A stretch of DNA of 64,000 nt from Harriotta raleighana (GCA_050575255.1 JBNZDD010013658.1:3869648-3933647), one strand, 5' to 3'; counted from the first letter of the stretch, positions 1-12,674 are shown. Numbers and translations: made by a program. Notes: generated from the sequence alone by a model not told the origin.

Positions 1-160
1 CAGAAATACTCAAGACAACAATTGTTTAAAAAAATCTGTATTTGTTTAATGTAGGATGATTGTGTCCTGTTCCTGTCAAGTGAAATGTAATGAAAGTTTG
101 CAAAGTCCAGTGCAGAATTTTAAAGATGAAAGTTGAAAATAGTTTTGTTCTTTAGTGTAA

Positions 161-440
161 ATAATAAAATAATAATCCTTGCATTTGATATAGTGCTTTT
201 CACATCTTCTAGACATCTCAAAGAGCTTCACAGGACATATTTAAAGTGATACGTATAAAATTGACAGTATATATTTGGGAGAAATGCAGCAGCCAATTGC
301 ACAATGTCCCAGAAACAATCGTAGGATTATTATCAGGCGTGTGGAGTAAGGAAACTTGCCCAAGGTTTTGCCCTTCCTGGAATCGAACCAAGGTCTTTCG
401 CTTGTAAGGCAATTGCTCTTACCACTGAGCTACAAGACTC
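161..440 (-). mobile_element. tRNA-derived SINE, family A (short form), full length
   Basis: Minus strand begins GAGTCTTGTAGCTCAGTGGT (box A) and has GGTTCGATTCC (box B), a body with CAATTGGCTGC, an L2-like 3' end CTAGAAGATGTGAAAAGCACTATATCAAATGCAAGG and an (ATT)n tail; matches about 10 other copies in the window. Confidence 0.9.
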
Positions 441-634
441 GACAAGTAATACAACAACCTTGAACTGCACAAAGTTAGGTGTCAGAGTGAAGAAAACTGG
501 TTGCTGAGGGCTTATAAAAGAGGGTGGAGAAATGGTGATAGTTTAGGATCAGACACCCTAGTAGCTGAATTCTATTTTTTTTAGTATGACTATATGACTA
601 AAATGCAGCAATCAAGCTGGTGATCAAGCATCTA

Positions 635-900
635 TGAAGGTATTTTCTCTCCACTGGGGTATGATTCCAAGGACATAGCTTGCCCTCCAAGACCTTGCCC
701 AAATGGTCATTATTCATGTGTAAATCTAACCAATGAAGGTCTGTAGGCCATTCAACTGCAGGGAATGTTGCAAGTGAACCCAATCCTCACCTCACTTAAC
801 ATCCGTATGCCTACATTTCCATCAGGAATCCCAGGACAGTGATCAGGACTTGGGAACCCTGTCTGATCGTCTCCTCCATATCCTGCGGCACTGTGATATA
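635..900 (-). mobile_element. old SINE, family B (unclassified), fragment
   Basis: Shares the blocks TCATTCATGTGT..., CAATCCT(G/C).CCTC..., TTCCA.CAGG...GATCAG with 4170-4560 and 13300-13510, and in reverse with 44540-44910. Confidence 0.6.
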
Positions 901-1474
901 TAGTCATGGCCTTGCTACAGTTTTCGTTGAGTTAATGCATTATTTTTCCCAGACTCTTTTTAAGAACACTGGTGCAACAAAGCAAAGACTCAATAGAAAT
1001 CGACATTCTCATTGCAAATTGTATTTCTCCTAAAATGTTGCTGAGTCTGTCATTGAGTAACTCCTGCACTTGAGGGCAGGATTACAAAGGGAGGCGGAGG
1101 GGAGGGGAGAGGGAGGGAGAAGGACTGCAATCTGCCAAACATAACAATCAATTGTGAATTCAAATCAAATCAAGCAAATGTTTTTTGTATGTAAAATGAT
1201 AATTCATCAGTACGATGTACTTTCCTTTATCTTTTGAACTTCCTGCCACATGGTGTGATAAACCCGAAGACTTTTATCACAGGTGCTGTTCTCTGCCTTC
1301 ATTCCCATCCTATCCAGACCCATGGCCATCATCTTCTTTACAAGCCTCTAGTTTGCATATAATGCAGAAGTACAACACATCTCTCAGCACCACAATATCT
1401 CACAAATGCAAAAATAACCTTGCCACCATGCATTATAAATAAAAGCACAGCTCAGTGTGGCTGGAGCAAGTATG

Positions 1475-2320
1475 CAACAACAACAACTTTGATTTATATA
1501 GTGCCCTCCACACCGGACGGCATCTCAGAGCGCTTCACAATAGCAGATCCTGGTACCGAGATTGAGGCAGGGGTAGAAAGGTGACCAAAGGCGCGATCGA
1601 AGAGAAAGGTCTTCAGCTGGGACCTGAAACTGGAAAAAAAGGGGGCGAGGCGGAGGGAGTGAGGAAGGGAATTCCAGAGCCTCAGGGCATAGTGGCTGAA
1701 GGCATGGTTGCTGAGGGTGGAGCGGAGGATGTGGGGGACACGGAGGAGGCCAGACTTAATGGAGCAAAGGCAACAGGTGCTTGTTTGAGGAGAGAGGAGG
1801 TCAGAGAGATAGGGGGTGCAGAGGAGTGGAGGGATTTGAAGACCAGGATGAGGATCTTGAAATCAATCCTCTCTGGGATAGGAAGCCAGTGAAGTCTGGC
1901 AAGATCTGGGGCAATGGGGGAGTGAAGTTTGGTGCGGGTGAAGAACACGAGCGTCAGAGTTTTGGATAAGCTGGACTCTATAGATTGTGGAGGAGGGGAG
2001 ACCGGAGAGGAGGGCATTGCAATAGTCCAGCCGAGAGGTGACAAATGCATGGACCAGGGTTTCAGCGGCTTTTGGGGTGAGGTATTGGCAGAGACGGGTG
2101 ATCCGTTGGAGGTGGAAGAAGACAGTGCTGGTGGGGGACCAAATGTGAGGGAGGAAGGACAGTTGGGGGTCGAACCTTATACCTAGGTTGCACACAGGTT
2201 CGGAGAGTTTAGGGGCAGACCAGGAAGTGAGAGCTGTGTGAATGGAGACATTGACGAGAGCCAAAGAGTATGGCCTCCATCTTGTCAACATTCAACTGCA
2301 AGAAATTTGCGCTCATCCAG
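1475..2320 (-). mobile_element. L2 LINE, 5'-truncated 3' end (ORF2 C-terminus, 3' UTR, (TTG)n tail)
   Basis: ORFs 1863-2291 and 1682-2050 give NLGIRFDPQLSF, AETLVHAFVTSRLDYCNALL and LHWLPIPERIDFKIL, typical of the L2 ORF2 C-terminus; frameshifted; (CAA)n on the plus strand at 1475-1488. Confidence 0.93.
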
Positions 2321-4169
2321 TTCAAAACTATCTCACGGACTAGATATTGTTCATAAACCACTTGAACATCCCACTCACAGAGTATTACACAGCCTACACC
2401 TCATGGCTCTGTTACAACCTTGTAAGGCATTTTTCCTATTTCTTATTACAATATCCATTTCATCCATTTAAAAGCAGAACTGTTCTTCCATTATGTTAGA
2501 GTATTGTCAGGAAGTACACCACAAGCTCATTGGCATAGACCACAGAATATAAATTGTATCCAGCACCAATTCTGAATATTTTTTCATTTTACGTATTGTA
2601 CCTAACATGTGGAAATAAGCATCTGCATTGTATTTTCTATAACCCAGCTTTGGCATCGAATTCATGCTCGACCTAAGTACCTTTATAGCGAATTAAGCTT
2701 GCTGTGTTTTAACAGCCTTTTTGCTACAAATTTTTGGGGAAGAGGTGGAAACATATCGATTTCATTAGATTTTTATTCTGAATTTAACTTTTCTTGAAAA
2801 ATATTTTAATGTTTCAAAGGTGTACACATGGAGTCAGGCTGGCTTATTATATGATTTTTTTCCCACAGATTTTCTAAACAAAGGACCATCGAAGCATAGT
2901 TCCTAATAAGGTTGTTACCCTGTACAACAGTACATTATATATGCTCCCAAGTTCCTGCTGGATATTACACATTATTGTTCTTCTGACAACCAATTCAAGG
3001 ACACACTTTTTCAAGGCTAGCTGCTGTAAAACTGAAGTCAAAGATCTATTCAGGTCTATAGCCACAGACAGATAAGGTGTTTTCAATAACATCAAAATAT
3101 AATTAATAACTTACATGTGGCCAGAATTAAAAGATATGCCACAACACCTGGCTGAATATTACTGATAAGTGGCTTTTGGGTTTAAAGCAGATTTCCGAAG
3201 CCTGAGGTTAGTTAATGTTTTTGACGTAGCTCTTCAGCTCACAGGTTGAATGGTTCAGTAAATTCCTTAGTGACAAAAAGAAGCATTGGCCCCGATATTT
3301 TCCTTGCCTAGTGCAGCTTGAATTTGAGTAAAGAGATGAGTTCAATTCTTGACTGTTACTGCACATGGAACCTTCCATTAGAATGAGTCAATTCCTTCAA
3401 AGAGGAAATGGGGCAAACTGTGGGGCAGGGGAGAGAAAAATAGATTCTTAATTTGCTTACACAAAACAAGACCGGATAATATTTAAATTTTAGGGACATG
3501 TAGTACCAAAATTGTGAAAGTTGTTGCCACTCCAGTAGCCACCATTTCCTTTCAGCGATAGGAAGATTGAGCTCCAGGCTGATAGCATTCTACAGTATGT
3601 TCCAAATGAGCTTTAATTAATATTTTAGGAGAAAACAGATTTAAGACTTTACTTATATATATTTTTAAATCTTAATTATTGTTTAAATTTATTGTGTTGT
3701 AGCATGACACAACCGGATTGCAGTATATCCTTACTTGTAAACAGCCTTTCTGGCTTCCGTTGCCTCATCAGAATAGGGTAAAATTTGGAAAGCAGGCCAC
3801 ATAATCATTTTGACTCTGACCCAGTTACAGTGGAAGAGCTATGAGCTTGCTATCTTTCTTGCACTGAGCTACAGGAAGAGGTGGAATCCCTTGGGAATCA
3901 TCAGTAGCACAAACCCTCTTGTGTTTCCATCTGCCATCAAAACTACTGTATATTTCTTCAGAATCAACACTCTATTCTCTGCATTGCGTTCCAGCCGTGA
4001 AGATACAAGAAATTATAAATGGTGCTCTATTTTATCTGACTAGGTGCAAGAATTATTTGATACCATAGTTGATGTCAGCTGAAACATTTCAAAAGTACTT
4101 TGTAGTGTTTTTTCAAAACTTGCACCTTGTATGAAAAAATAACAAATAATCATGGTTCTTTAGAAGCTT

Positions 4170-4560
4170 TCTTTCCCTTCCCTGCTAGAATTCTTTCCCT
4201 CCTCACTTGAGACTGTTGACTCATACTGGGGCATGATGCCACACCCAAGAGCCCATCATTCATGTATAAACCTGGGCAGTAACCAATTGCAGACTGCAGG
4301 GAAAGACATGGAGTGGACTGAGGAAAATGTAATGTCAAGTTCAATCCTGTCCTCCCAATCCTCCACACAGTTGCCTACAAATTACGCAATCGTTACACTT
4401 TACAGTAAAATCTCACAAAGAACTTTCAGTCATTTTGATAACATGATAAGGATTATATCAAATGCAATTCTTATGCGCTCATGTTCCAGCAGGGATCAGT
4501 GAATAACAAACTATAGCAAGAGTACTGGCTGCAATTTTCCACTCCAAAACCTGGGCACTG
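4170..4560 (-). mobile_element. old SINE, family B (unclassified), with an internal insertion
   Basis: Same motif order as 635-900. Confidence 0.55.
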
Positions 4561-4672
4561 AGAAACATAGAAACGGGGCATAGCTTATTCAGTCCCTCAA
4601 GCCTGTTCCATTATTCTATAAGATTGTGGTTGATCTCAACCTCATGTCCAATTACCCACTCTTGCTCTATAA
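4561..4672 (-). mobile_element. CR1-type 3' tail fragment
   Basis: AGAAACATAGAAAC...ATTCAGTCCCTCAAGCCTGTTCC is the reverse complement of a CR1/HER1-like 3' end. Confidence 0.55.
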
Positions 4673-4735
4673 AAACAACAACAAAAATATTTGGGATAGT
4701 CCCTTTTCATGTCGGGAGGATGTCCCAAGCGCTGC
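4673..4735 (-). mobile_element. L2 tail-only fragment
   Basis: (CAA)n followed by CCCTTTTCATGTCGGGAGGATGTCCCAAGCGCT, matching the 3' end of the L2 at 42900-42968. Confidence 0.7.
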
Positions 4736-5246
4736 ACTTACGTACTAAACTATTAGTCAAATCTTTAAAATGAGCTTCGAAGAAAGATAAGATAATGTTT
4801 TATTAAAGCAACAAACACAGTGCAGGGCTGTGGACTCTTTTCTGGCAGTTTTATGAAGTCAGATTTTGCTGCAATCTCCACAATGCGAACACAAAGGCTG
4901 AATCAGTGTTTGGTGCTTTGCTGTCAAAAGTGTTAGAACAAAAAGGAGCAGACTATCTTTCATCAAACCTGAGGCATTGTCTTTGAAGACTACACAGCTG
5001 GAGGATTCACAGGACAGTGTTTGGTGGGAGACTGGGTGATGGCATCTCCAACAGTGAGCATTGTGGACAGGAAAGAAGCAACAAGATTATCGAATATGAC
5101 ATTTCTGATTTGATAGGTTTGCAGAAAAACAATGTTACGGATTAATAGTAATTCACATTCTGACAAGGATTGAGACACAACTATGAGTGCAAGATTCATC
5201 CGGGCAAATAAATAATTTCCATTTGGAACAGCTTCTCTCTATTTAT

Positions 5247-5315
5247 TACAACAACAAAAACAATTAAATTACATTTGTATAGCTCCTTTCACATCAGGAG
5301 GATGTCCCAAGGTGC
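5247..5315 (-). mobile_element. L2 tail-only fragment
   Basis: (CAA)n...AATTACATTTGTATAGCTCCTTTCACATCAGGAGGATGTCCCAAGG. Confidence 0.7.
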
Positions 5316-5511
5316 CGAAGCACATTACCCTGCTATCATTTAGAACAAAAATTATATACAATCCATCTAACAAAATCAACCCCATGCACCGAGTTATATC
5401 ACACTCAACAACCGTGTTCTGGTCAATATCTGTCAATATCGATTCAGGTTGACTGAGAACTGGGACATAACCGACAACTGATGTACAGCTGAAGTCAGTA
5501 TTCCAATGAAA

Positions 5512-5625
5512 GGCAAAATACTGCAGATGCTGGAAATCTGAAATAAAACTGATCGATCTGAAATATTAATTCAGTTAGATGCTGCCTAACCTGCTGAGTG
5601 TTCTCAGGGACTTCTGTTTTTATTC
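5512..5625. mobile_element. Penelope-like inverted terminal repeat remnant, internally deleted
   Basis: GCAAAATACTGCAGATGCTGGAAATCTGAAATAAAA joined to AGATGCTGCCTAACCTGCTGAGT...TTCTGTTTTTATT resembles the two arms of a common chondrichthyan fold-back repeat (recognised from memory). Confidence 0.55.
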
Positions 5626-6049
5626 TAGTATTCTGATATATATTTAGCCTTATAGGGATAAAGTGAGTAATTTGTGTTCACAAAGAGTTTAAGACATCAG
5701 AATTCAGTTTAACATTTAATTCAATGGTACATGTACTGTAGCTTGTAGATATTTATGGCTCTCCACACCTTCAAATATGGCCTTCTTTCACTCCTTTACT
5801 TGTGTTTTTCTCCCTGTTTTCACAGACTACTTATGGGATGTGGTGATGCTGTTCCCACTTCCCTGCTTCAGAATGAGAAAAGAAAAGCAACGCTAGCAAA
5901 ATAAACCTTAACCTTTAATTCAAATTTTGAAATTCAAATACAGGGCAAAAGGTCCATCACAGAAATAAGTAACATTAACAACTTGCACTTATATTGTACA
6001 CCTCACATGTAGTTGCAGCAATCAGTTCACTCATTCATCAGTTTGTGAG

Positions 6050-6510
6050 TCAATCTCGCTTAGTGGTAGCACTCTCGCCTCTGAGACAGAAGGTTGTGGG
6101 TTCAAGCCTCACTTTGGGACATGAACTTATGTAGTGGCTGACACTCCAATGCAGTGCTGGAGGTGTGCAGCAATATTGCCGTCTTTCAGTCAGACATTAA
6201 ACCGAGGTCCTATCTGCCTGAGACATCTTGAAAATGTGATAAAGTGGGTTTATCATTCCTCTCCTATTCTGGTGGACATTAAAGATCTCAAGGCACTAAT
6301 AACAAAAAGAAGGGAATTTCTCCCAATATCTTGGGCAACAATCCTCCAAATAAAATTTGTCACTCACCCTATTGTTGTTTTAGGGACAATGCTGTGCTGA
6401 AGCTGTCTTCAAACTGGATGAAGCTTTCATCCACAAATACATAGTGACTCCACTTCACAGTAAATCCTGTGAAGCACTTTGGGATGTGCATCCGACGGAT
6501 GAGGATTATT
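6050..6510 (+). mobile_element. DeuSINE (SacSINE1-like: tRNA head, Deu domain, L2-type tail)
   Basis: Head TAGTGGTAGCACTCTCGCCTCTGAG...GGGTTCAAGCC; Deu core GCCGTCTTTCAG...ACATTAAACCGAGGTCC...TAAAGATCTCAAGGCACTA; tail GAAGCACTTTGGGATGT. Confidence 0.85.
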
Positions 6511-6990
6511 AGAATTAATTCCTACCATCAAGCCCCCAAATGTGATGCACTTATGAGAAAGAAGAAAATGAAGCCTCTAGTCTGTAAATTATACTGTTTT
6601 ACTCAATTTGCCACGTGATTGCTTTTATGGTGAAAGTTCCTGAAGAGAGCTCCTCTGTGGTCAGTTAAATTTGCATAGTTCGTGCTATAACATCCAGCAC
6701 TGATGTAAACACTACAGAACAAATGCCTTTATAGAACTATATACAGTACAGAAAACTAGTGACGCTGAAATGCATTGTAAATGGTAGATCCACCCACTGA
6801 ATTCAATGACACTTTTCTTCTGCACTAACAATGAATGCTCTGCCAGAGGCAGCTCTCTATACTGTGTTACAACAAAGTGCACCGTATATTGAACACCTGC
6901 AATAATTTTCAGCAACTTCTTAATCCTGTATGTTCTTAATTTGTTCGCAGGGCAATGGCAAAGACTATCCATGTTATTCTTGTTATTTTC

Positions 6991-7615
6991 ACTCACCAGC
7001 ACCACATTCTTCCATCTCCTCCAAATTGCTCATCTCTGTCAATATCTCACAGCAAAAGCTGCCAAAATCCTGGTCCATGCCTTGTCGCCTCTCGGCTGGA
7101 CTACTCCAATGCCCTCCTTGCCGGTTTCCCCTCCACCACCATTCACAAAATCCAGCTCACAGAGAACTCCACCGCCCACATTCTCACCTGAACCGAACTT
7201 CATTCCCCAATTACCCCAATCCTTGCCAGAATTCACTGGCTCCCTGTTATAGAGTGGATCGACTTCAAGATCCTCAATTTTGTATTTAAATCCTTCTACT
7301 GCTCTGCGACCCCTACCTCTCTAACCTCCTCACTGCTCACAGCAGTACCCGCTGTCTCCATTCTCCTCGGTCTGGCCTCATCCTTGTCTCCCAAATGCTC
7401 CTCTCCACCATTGTCAGCCATGTCTTCAGCCACTATGCCCTGAAACTCTAAAACTCCCTCTCTCAATTCCTTCACCTCACCCCCTCCTTTTCCATTTTCA
7501 GGTCACGCCTAAAGACCTTTCTGTTTGTCCATGCCTAATGTCACCATCTCCTCCCCCGGGCTCAGCTATTGTGATGCTCTCTCAGACGCCGTCAAGCATG
7601 GAGGGCACTATATAA
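6991..7615 (+). mobile_element. L2 LINE 3' fragment
   Basis: Translates to AAKILVHA, SRLDYSNALLAG, IHKIQLTENSTA; ends GGAGGGCACTATATAA like the copy at 1475-2320. Confidence 0.9.
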
Positions 7616-7628
7616 TTCCCTCTACTGG

Positions 7629-7629
<1 letters not shown>

Positions 7630-7665
<36 letters not shown>

Positions 7666-7668
7666 TAA
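7630..7668. repeat. (AT)n/(AC)n microsatellite
   Basis: Directly visible. Confidence 0.95.
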
Positions 7669-7806
7669 TCGTTGCTTTTACTGTGTTAATGAACTCTCAT
7701 GTGTAAATGTTAACTGCTGATTTAAAAAACAATTAAGACAGGATGGTTAGTGAGACTGTTTGTTCTCTTTTCTTTTAACAAGAGTCAAATTAGAACAATA
7801 ACAAGC

Positions 7807-8168
7807 GTGGTGGAACACTCGCCTCGCAAGCGAGAGGACCTGGGTGTGATTTCCGGCCAAGGCAAAATGTTAGGCAAATTACCTTACACCACACACTTCT
7901 GTATACCTAGCAGTAAGTAGGAACCTGATTGTTAGTCAATTCGTGGATCTCTTTAATGCAGGTAATAATCCCTTCAAAAATAAATACTATTAATTTGGTC
8001 ATTGAAAACGACTGAGTGTGGGACACTGCTGTGCGCAACAGGCTGCCTATTTCGCCCACAAAAATATAAAGTCTATTCACTTTGTAGTGTATGTGAAGCA
8101 CACTGAGAAAAACACATCTTGAAAATGAGATAAAGCGCATTTATCAAATGCAAGAATAATTACTATTA
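7807..8168 (+). mobile_element. SINE family A, long form with an extra central (Meta-like) domain
   Basis: Same head, body and tail as family A plus CTGTATACCTAGCAGTAAGTAGGAACCTGATTGTTAGTCAATT, which the short copies lack. Confidence 0.8.
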
Positions 8169-8229
8169 ACCAGAACCTGAATATGATTTTGCAGAACATG
8201 TATATTTTTGGGAAAGTTAAGGTACTCTT

Positions 8230-8950
8230 GACGAATTGTGAGCAGATTTTATTTCACCAACGAAATTAAGCTTATTTCCAGCACAATTTCCTATAGCGGG
8301 CCTATTTATTTCAGTCACTTCAATTTAGCTCCCCCTACACCCTCCCATTTAGCTATCACAAATTCAAGTTTGAGGTCCACTTCCCTCAGCATAGCTGCCA
8401 GCAAGCTGTTAATTGACACATTGTTTGATAATAAACAGACCAGAACACAAATAGGTACAACAAAAATTTTTGTCAGTCTCATTCCTTCTTCCCCTCCCCA
8501 CTTAGAAATGTGCTTCCTGTTGGGGAAATCAGACAGCAACAATTAGTTGGGTGGCTGCTGGGAATTCATTACCGCAGCAGGTGGTACCTGCTGAGCATTT
8601 GAAGAGCATACAGGTATGAGTTGGGAGAAAGAGGTGGATAGAAAAGTAATATTGTCTCTCTAAGTGCTAGCAATTGCTTTGCAATAGAGAGATACTGAAA
8701 GTAGGCCATCTCACATATTTGACTCTCAGTCGCCATTATAAAAGCTTCTAAGAACAAGCACAGCGGCATGTTCTGACACGTTCTTTTCAGAAAATAACCC
8801 CTGTTAGTGACAGCACAGACTATCACATCTGCTGGGAAAGAGCCAGGTGTCAGTGAAAACATTTTCTCGCCTTCCCTAGATGAATTCATCATACGCAGAG
8901 GATTTATATATTTTTTTAAAAAGCTATATGATTTTATTGTTTGATCGGGC
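8230..8950. promoter_or_regulatory. candidate conserved non-coding element/enhancer cluster
   Basis: High-complexity, repeat-free sequence with TAATT/TGACA motifs and the dyad CAGCAGGT-ggt-ACCTGCTG; conservation not tested. Confidence 0.35.
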
Positions 8951-11900
8951 AACGGATTGAGTTTACTATTGCACCAATGTCAGTACTTTAGCCCATAGAA
9001 CTCAGAGCAAGTTTACAAATTATTTACCACGTTTTACTATTTTACTGTTATTGTTTCTGAATATGAATTACTGTAACATTAAATTTATGTTTTTGATATT
9101 TGTGGATGTGTGGATGTGCATGGATTCATGATGCTATGAGCTTGTAGACATTCTCCATACACCCCAAATAGATAATGCTGGATTAAGTGAAACTTTTAGC
9201 AGCAAAGGTGCATTAGGAAATATAACTTGGGTTTGGTGATTTCAATGAATCAAATATGCTAGTCAAATTATAAAGCTAGTTTTATAGAAATTAATTTGAT
9301 GTGAATCAGCACGTTGACCTTATGACACAAGAAAGCTGCAAGCCATGAAATCTTACCGCAGGAAAAGCCCCACAGCATAGAGCAGCAAGTCGAGCTAGAT
9401 AGCCTTAATGCTATATACGTGTACATTGACTTATACAGTACAACTGAAGTGTTGCATAATAAAGGAAAGTAACAAATTTAGACCAAGTATGCTTTGGAAA
9501 GATCAAAATTATCAAATTATTTTTTTATCCTGAAAACAATTGATTGCATCAATCACAGTAGCCAATGATAGCCGATTTAGTGTAATTCTTTAACTTAGAT
9601 CCATACTTCAAATATACACCTTCTTCAGTGACTTATTTCCCTACCTGTGCAATTTTAACCTACTAAAGGCATAAGGTCATAGCCTTACAAGGAGAATTGC
9701 CACTTTAGTGTTTTGTTGGTTGAAATGCACTAATGTAATGTAATGATGATGCCCGTGAGTAGAATTTCCTCTTTGGACATTGCCTCTGGAACGGCACTAT
9801 CATTTGTCAACAATCTAGGAAAGTGGGTTTCTGCTTACTCTTTTTGTCTGCTCTCTGTGAAGTACAGATTAGTTGAGCCAAATAGCTTCTTTCCATGTTA
9901 TACAATCTATATAAGTCTGTGTAAGATGTATGAATTACAAATAGAACAGATTTTTTAAAAATAATTGCACGGAGTTCAATTGTAGTTAATCATCATTTCA
10001 TCTGGAAGGTTGTGCACAGTTGCATTAAAAAATCAGAATATGGATTAATATGCTATATACTATAACTTGCAAGACATGGATTATAATACTTACTATATCT
10101 TCTTAGAATTGAGAGAGGTCAGTGTAATCCTTTCACTAAATGTTCATAGAAATAACACAGAAAGCAAACAAATGTTCCAGTGTGATGCAGGATAGATTAC
10201 GCACTGACATTTGTGAAACATAGATAGATTCTGTTGACACCTCTAGATTTATTATGACATTATGAATGAATTACCCCTGTGGTTTGCATAGGAATAAAAT
10301 TGAAATCAATGGAGGATAACTGATGGAAAACAGCTCAAAATCCAATTTAATTTAATTTATAGTATTTAACTGTAAATCTCTTCCCAGGAAAAAAAAGTAA
10401 TTAGATTTTGATAACATTTTAAAATCATTGGACAAGTGATATCCAAAAGAAAAATCATTTCTTATTAATGGCTTTGCTCCACCACCTTCTCCTTTGAATG
10501 ACAACTACCTACCCAAGCAGAGGAGCTTGACTTGTCTCAATACACCCTGTCTGACTAATTCCTTGCAATGAATTAGCCATTGGGGATCTCTATAAATAAT
10601 GCACCTACTGTAAATATAATGAGCATTTTTTGCAAGTTTCTTAATAATATAAGATAATATTGTTTGGCATAAATATGTTTGCATCCAAATGACTATCGAC
10701 ACACACTGCTCCCTTTCCACAAAAACACAAATGGCTATTCAAATTTAAAAAAAAGTAAATTGTAAGTTGACTAAAGAGAAACCTTGAACATCCAAATTAA
10801 TTTGTTTTATGACAAGGTCCTTCAATAATATGATCTTATTCGCTTGAAGGCCCCTTCCTAGTTTGCATTAATCTGGACTAATTCTTTAATCAGATCAGAT
10901 CTCGTGCTTCGTTTTCTCATGCGCAATAATCCAATCAGGAAGTCAGGTTTTGCTTTACACCCAGATGTTTAGTAGACTGATACCATCCACCCAAGGAACA
11001 GATGAAGTAGGTGTGTGTACCTGAACCCTGAAGACCACCCAACATTTCTCCAACTCTGATGGAAACTAATCACCACCAGGGACACAATGTGCTTTGATTT
11101 GCTCATTTGTAACAAATGAGTTTCTGCCACTTTCCATCAGTGATTTCACTGCCAAATAAAATGAGAATAAAGCTCTCAACGATGGGGTCCGCCGCATCTA
11201 AACTCAAAATACTTCTCACTCATCTGACAAAGTCTGCAAAATCAGTTTACCAATCCTAACAAAACTTTAGGTCATGGAAACTTATTTTTTTAAAAAAACA
11301 AATATGCCTCAAAGAATTTATTCACACCAAGTTCTAAATAAGCAAGTTCACAAGGTAGAACATATTTGCAATACTGCAGATATTATAAAATATCAAACAT
11401 CAACATTTAATCCAAATTAAAATAACCTGCAAACATATTTTTTAATTTTCTCTGAAAAAATTCTTGTGAAATACAACAGCTTTTAACAGAAACTCTTACC
11501 AATCCAGCAACAAGTGAATTTGAACATGTGTTATATATTCAAAAGAATGTCTTGCAAATGACAAATTTATTGACCTATTTAATTGATGTATTATGGATTA
11601 AATGCTATTATGAATACATTTGACACAACTTGACCCACTAAACTTTCCACATTCAAAATTATTACTGATGCCTTTATCCCCAGGAAACTCATTTGTTACA
11701 CTCTCCTGTTAATTGGTGGAGGACATGCTGGAAGTGTATTCTATTTCCCAAAGGGTCAATCTCTGATTATACTTCACATGAAGGCAAATACACTATTTAA
11801 TGTTCAAAGTCAATGTTACCATTTATTTTGTAAAGAAGCACTGCTGTGCAAGATCACCTAATTCACAGCAGTTTTAAAGCTAGTATAAGATAGAATGGCT

Positions 11901-12674
11901 GTAAATGCTGTAATGTGGATTATTACCACTTACACCACTGATCCTAAGAATCCAAGGATGCTTGTAATAACAAAAAGCATCAGCTGCACAAATGCAACAC
12001 AGAAATGCACCTGCCTGGAGGGCTGGTTAAATGTCAACAGTGGATTTACAGAGCCATCTATGTGTAAAATGTGATTGCTAAAATGTGTCTACACGCAGAC
12101 TGTACATGCAACTCCAAGCACATCAGTACATGTTGATAAATATCAAATGTTAGCATTATGGATGATTACAAAGCCTTGCCTGAAGTCTGGATTTATATGT
12201 ATTTAAGTGGTTTGGTTAGGAGAAAACAAGCTTTTCTAGTTTCGAGTTTTATTTAGTTTCCACCAATAAGATTTCACTTAGAGACTGAGATGCAAGAGGA
12301 AGCAGCAATTTTACAGTTCAAATATGGTTCATGTTCTGCGAGAGGTCATTCCGTCACACTCACCTCTAGTTAGGATGAAAACAAACAACTGGCATTCTAT
12401 TATAGTGAATGGAGATTGATGGGGGACTTCCTTCTTGCATATATGTTGTAGAATGTATCCATTCAGCAAATACAAGGCACAAAGACAAAAGGATTTTTTT
12501 GTCCTCTCAGCAGCATTTTGATAAACCGCTTCTAAAGGAAATCCTTCCCTCTTGGAGAGATAAATGGCAGTTTTTTTTTTACAAAAATACTAACATCCTT
12601 AAACATATTTTTAAACAGATGTGCTTTCATTCCTGCTCCTATCCATTTGAGTTCAATGTGTTTCCCTAACTGGC

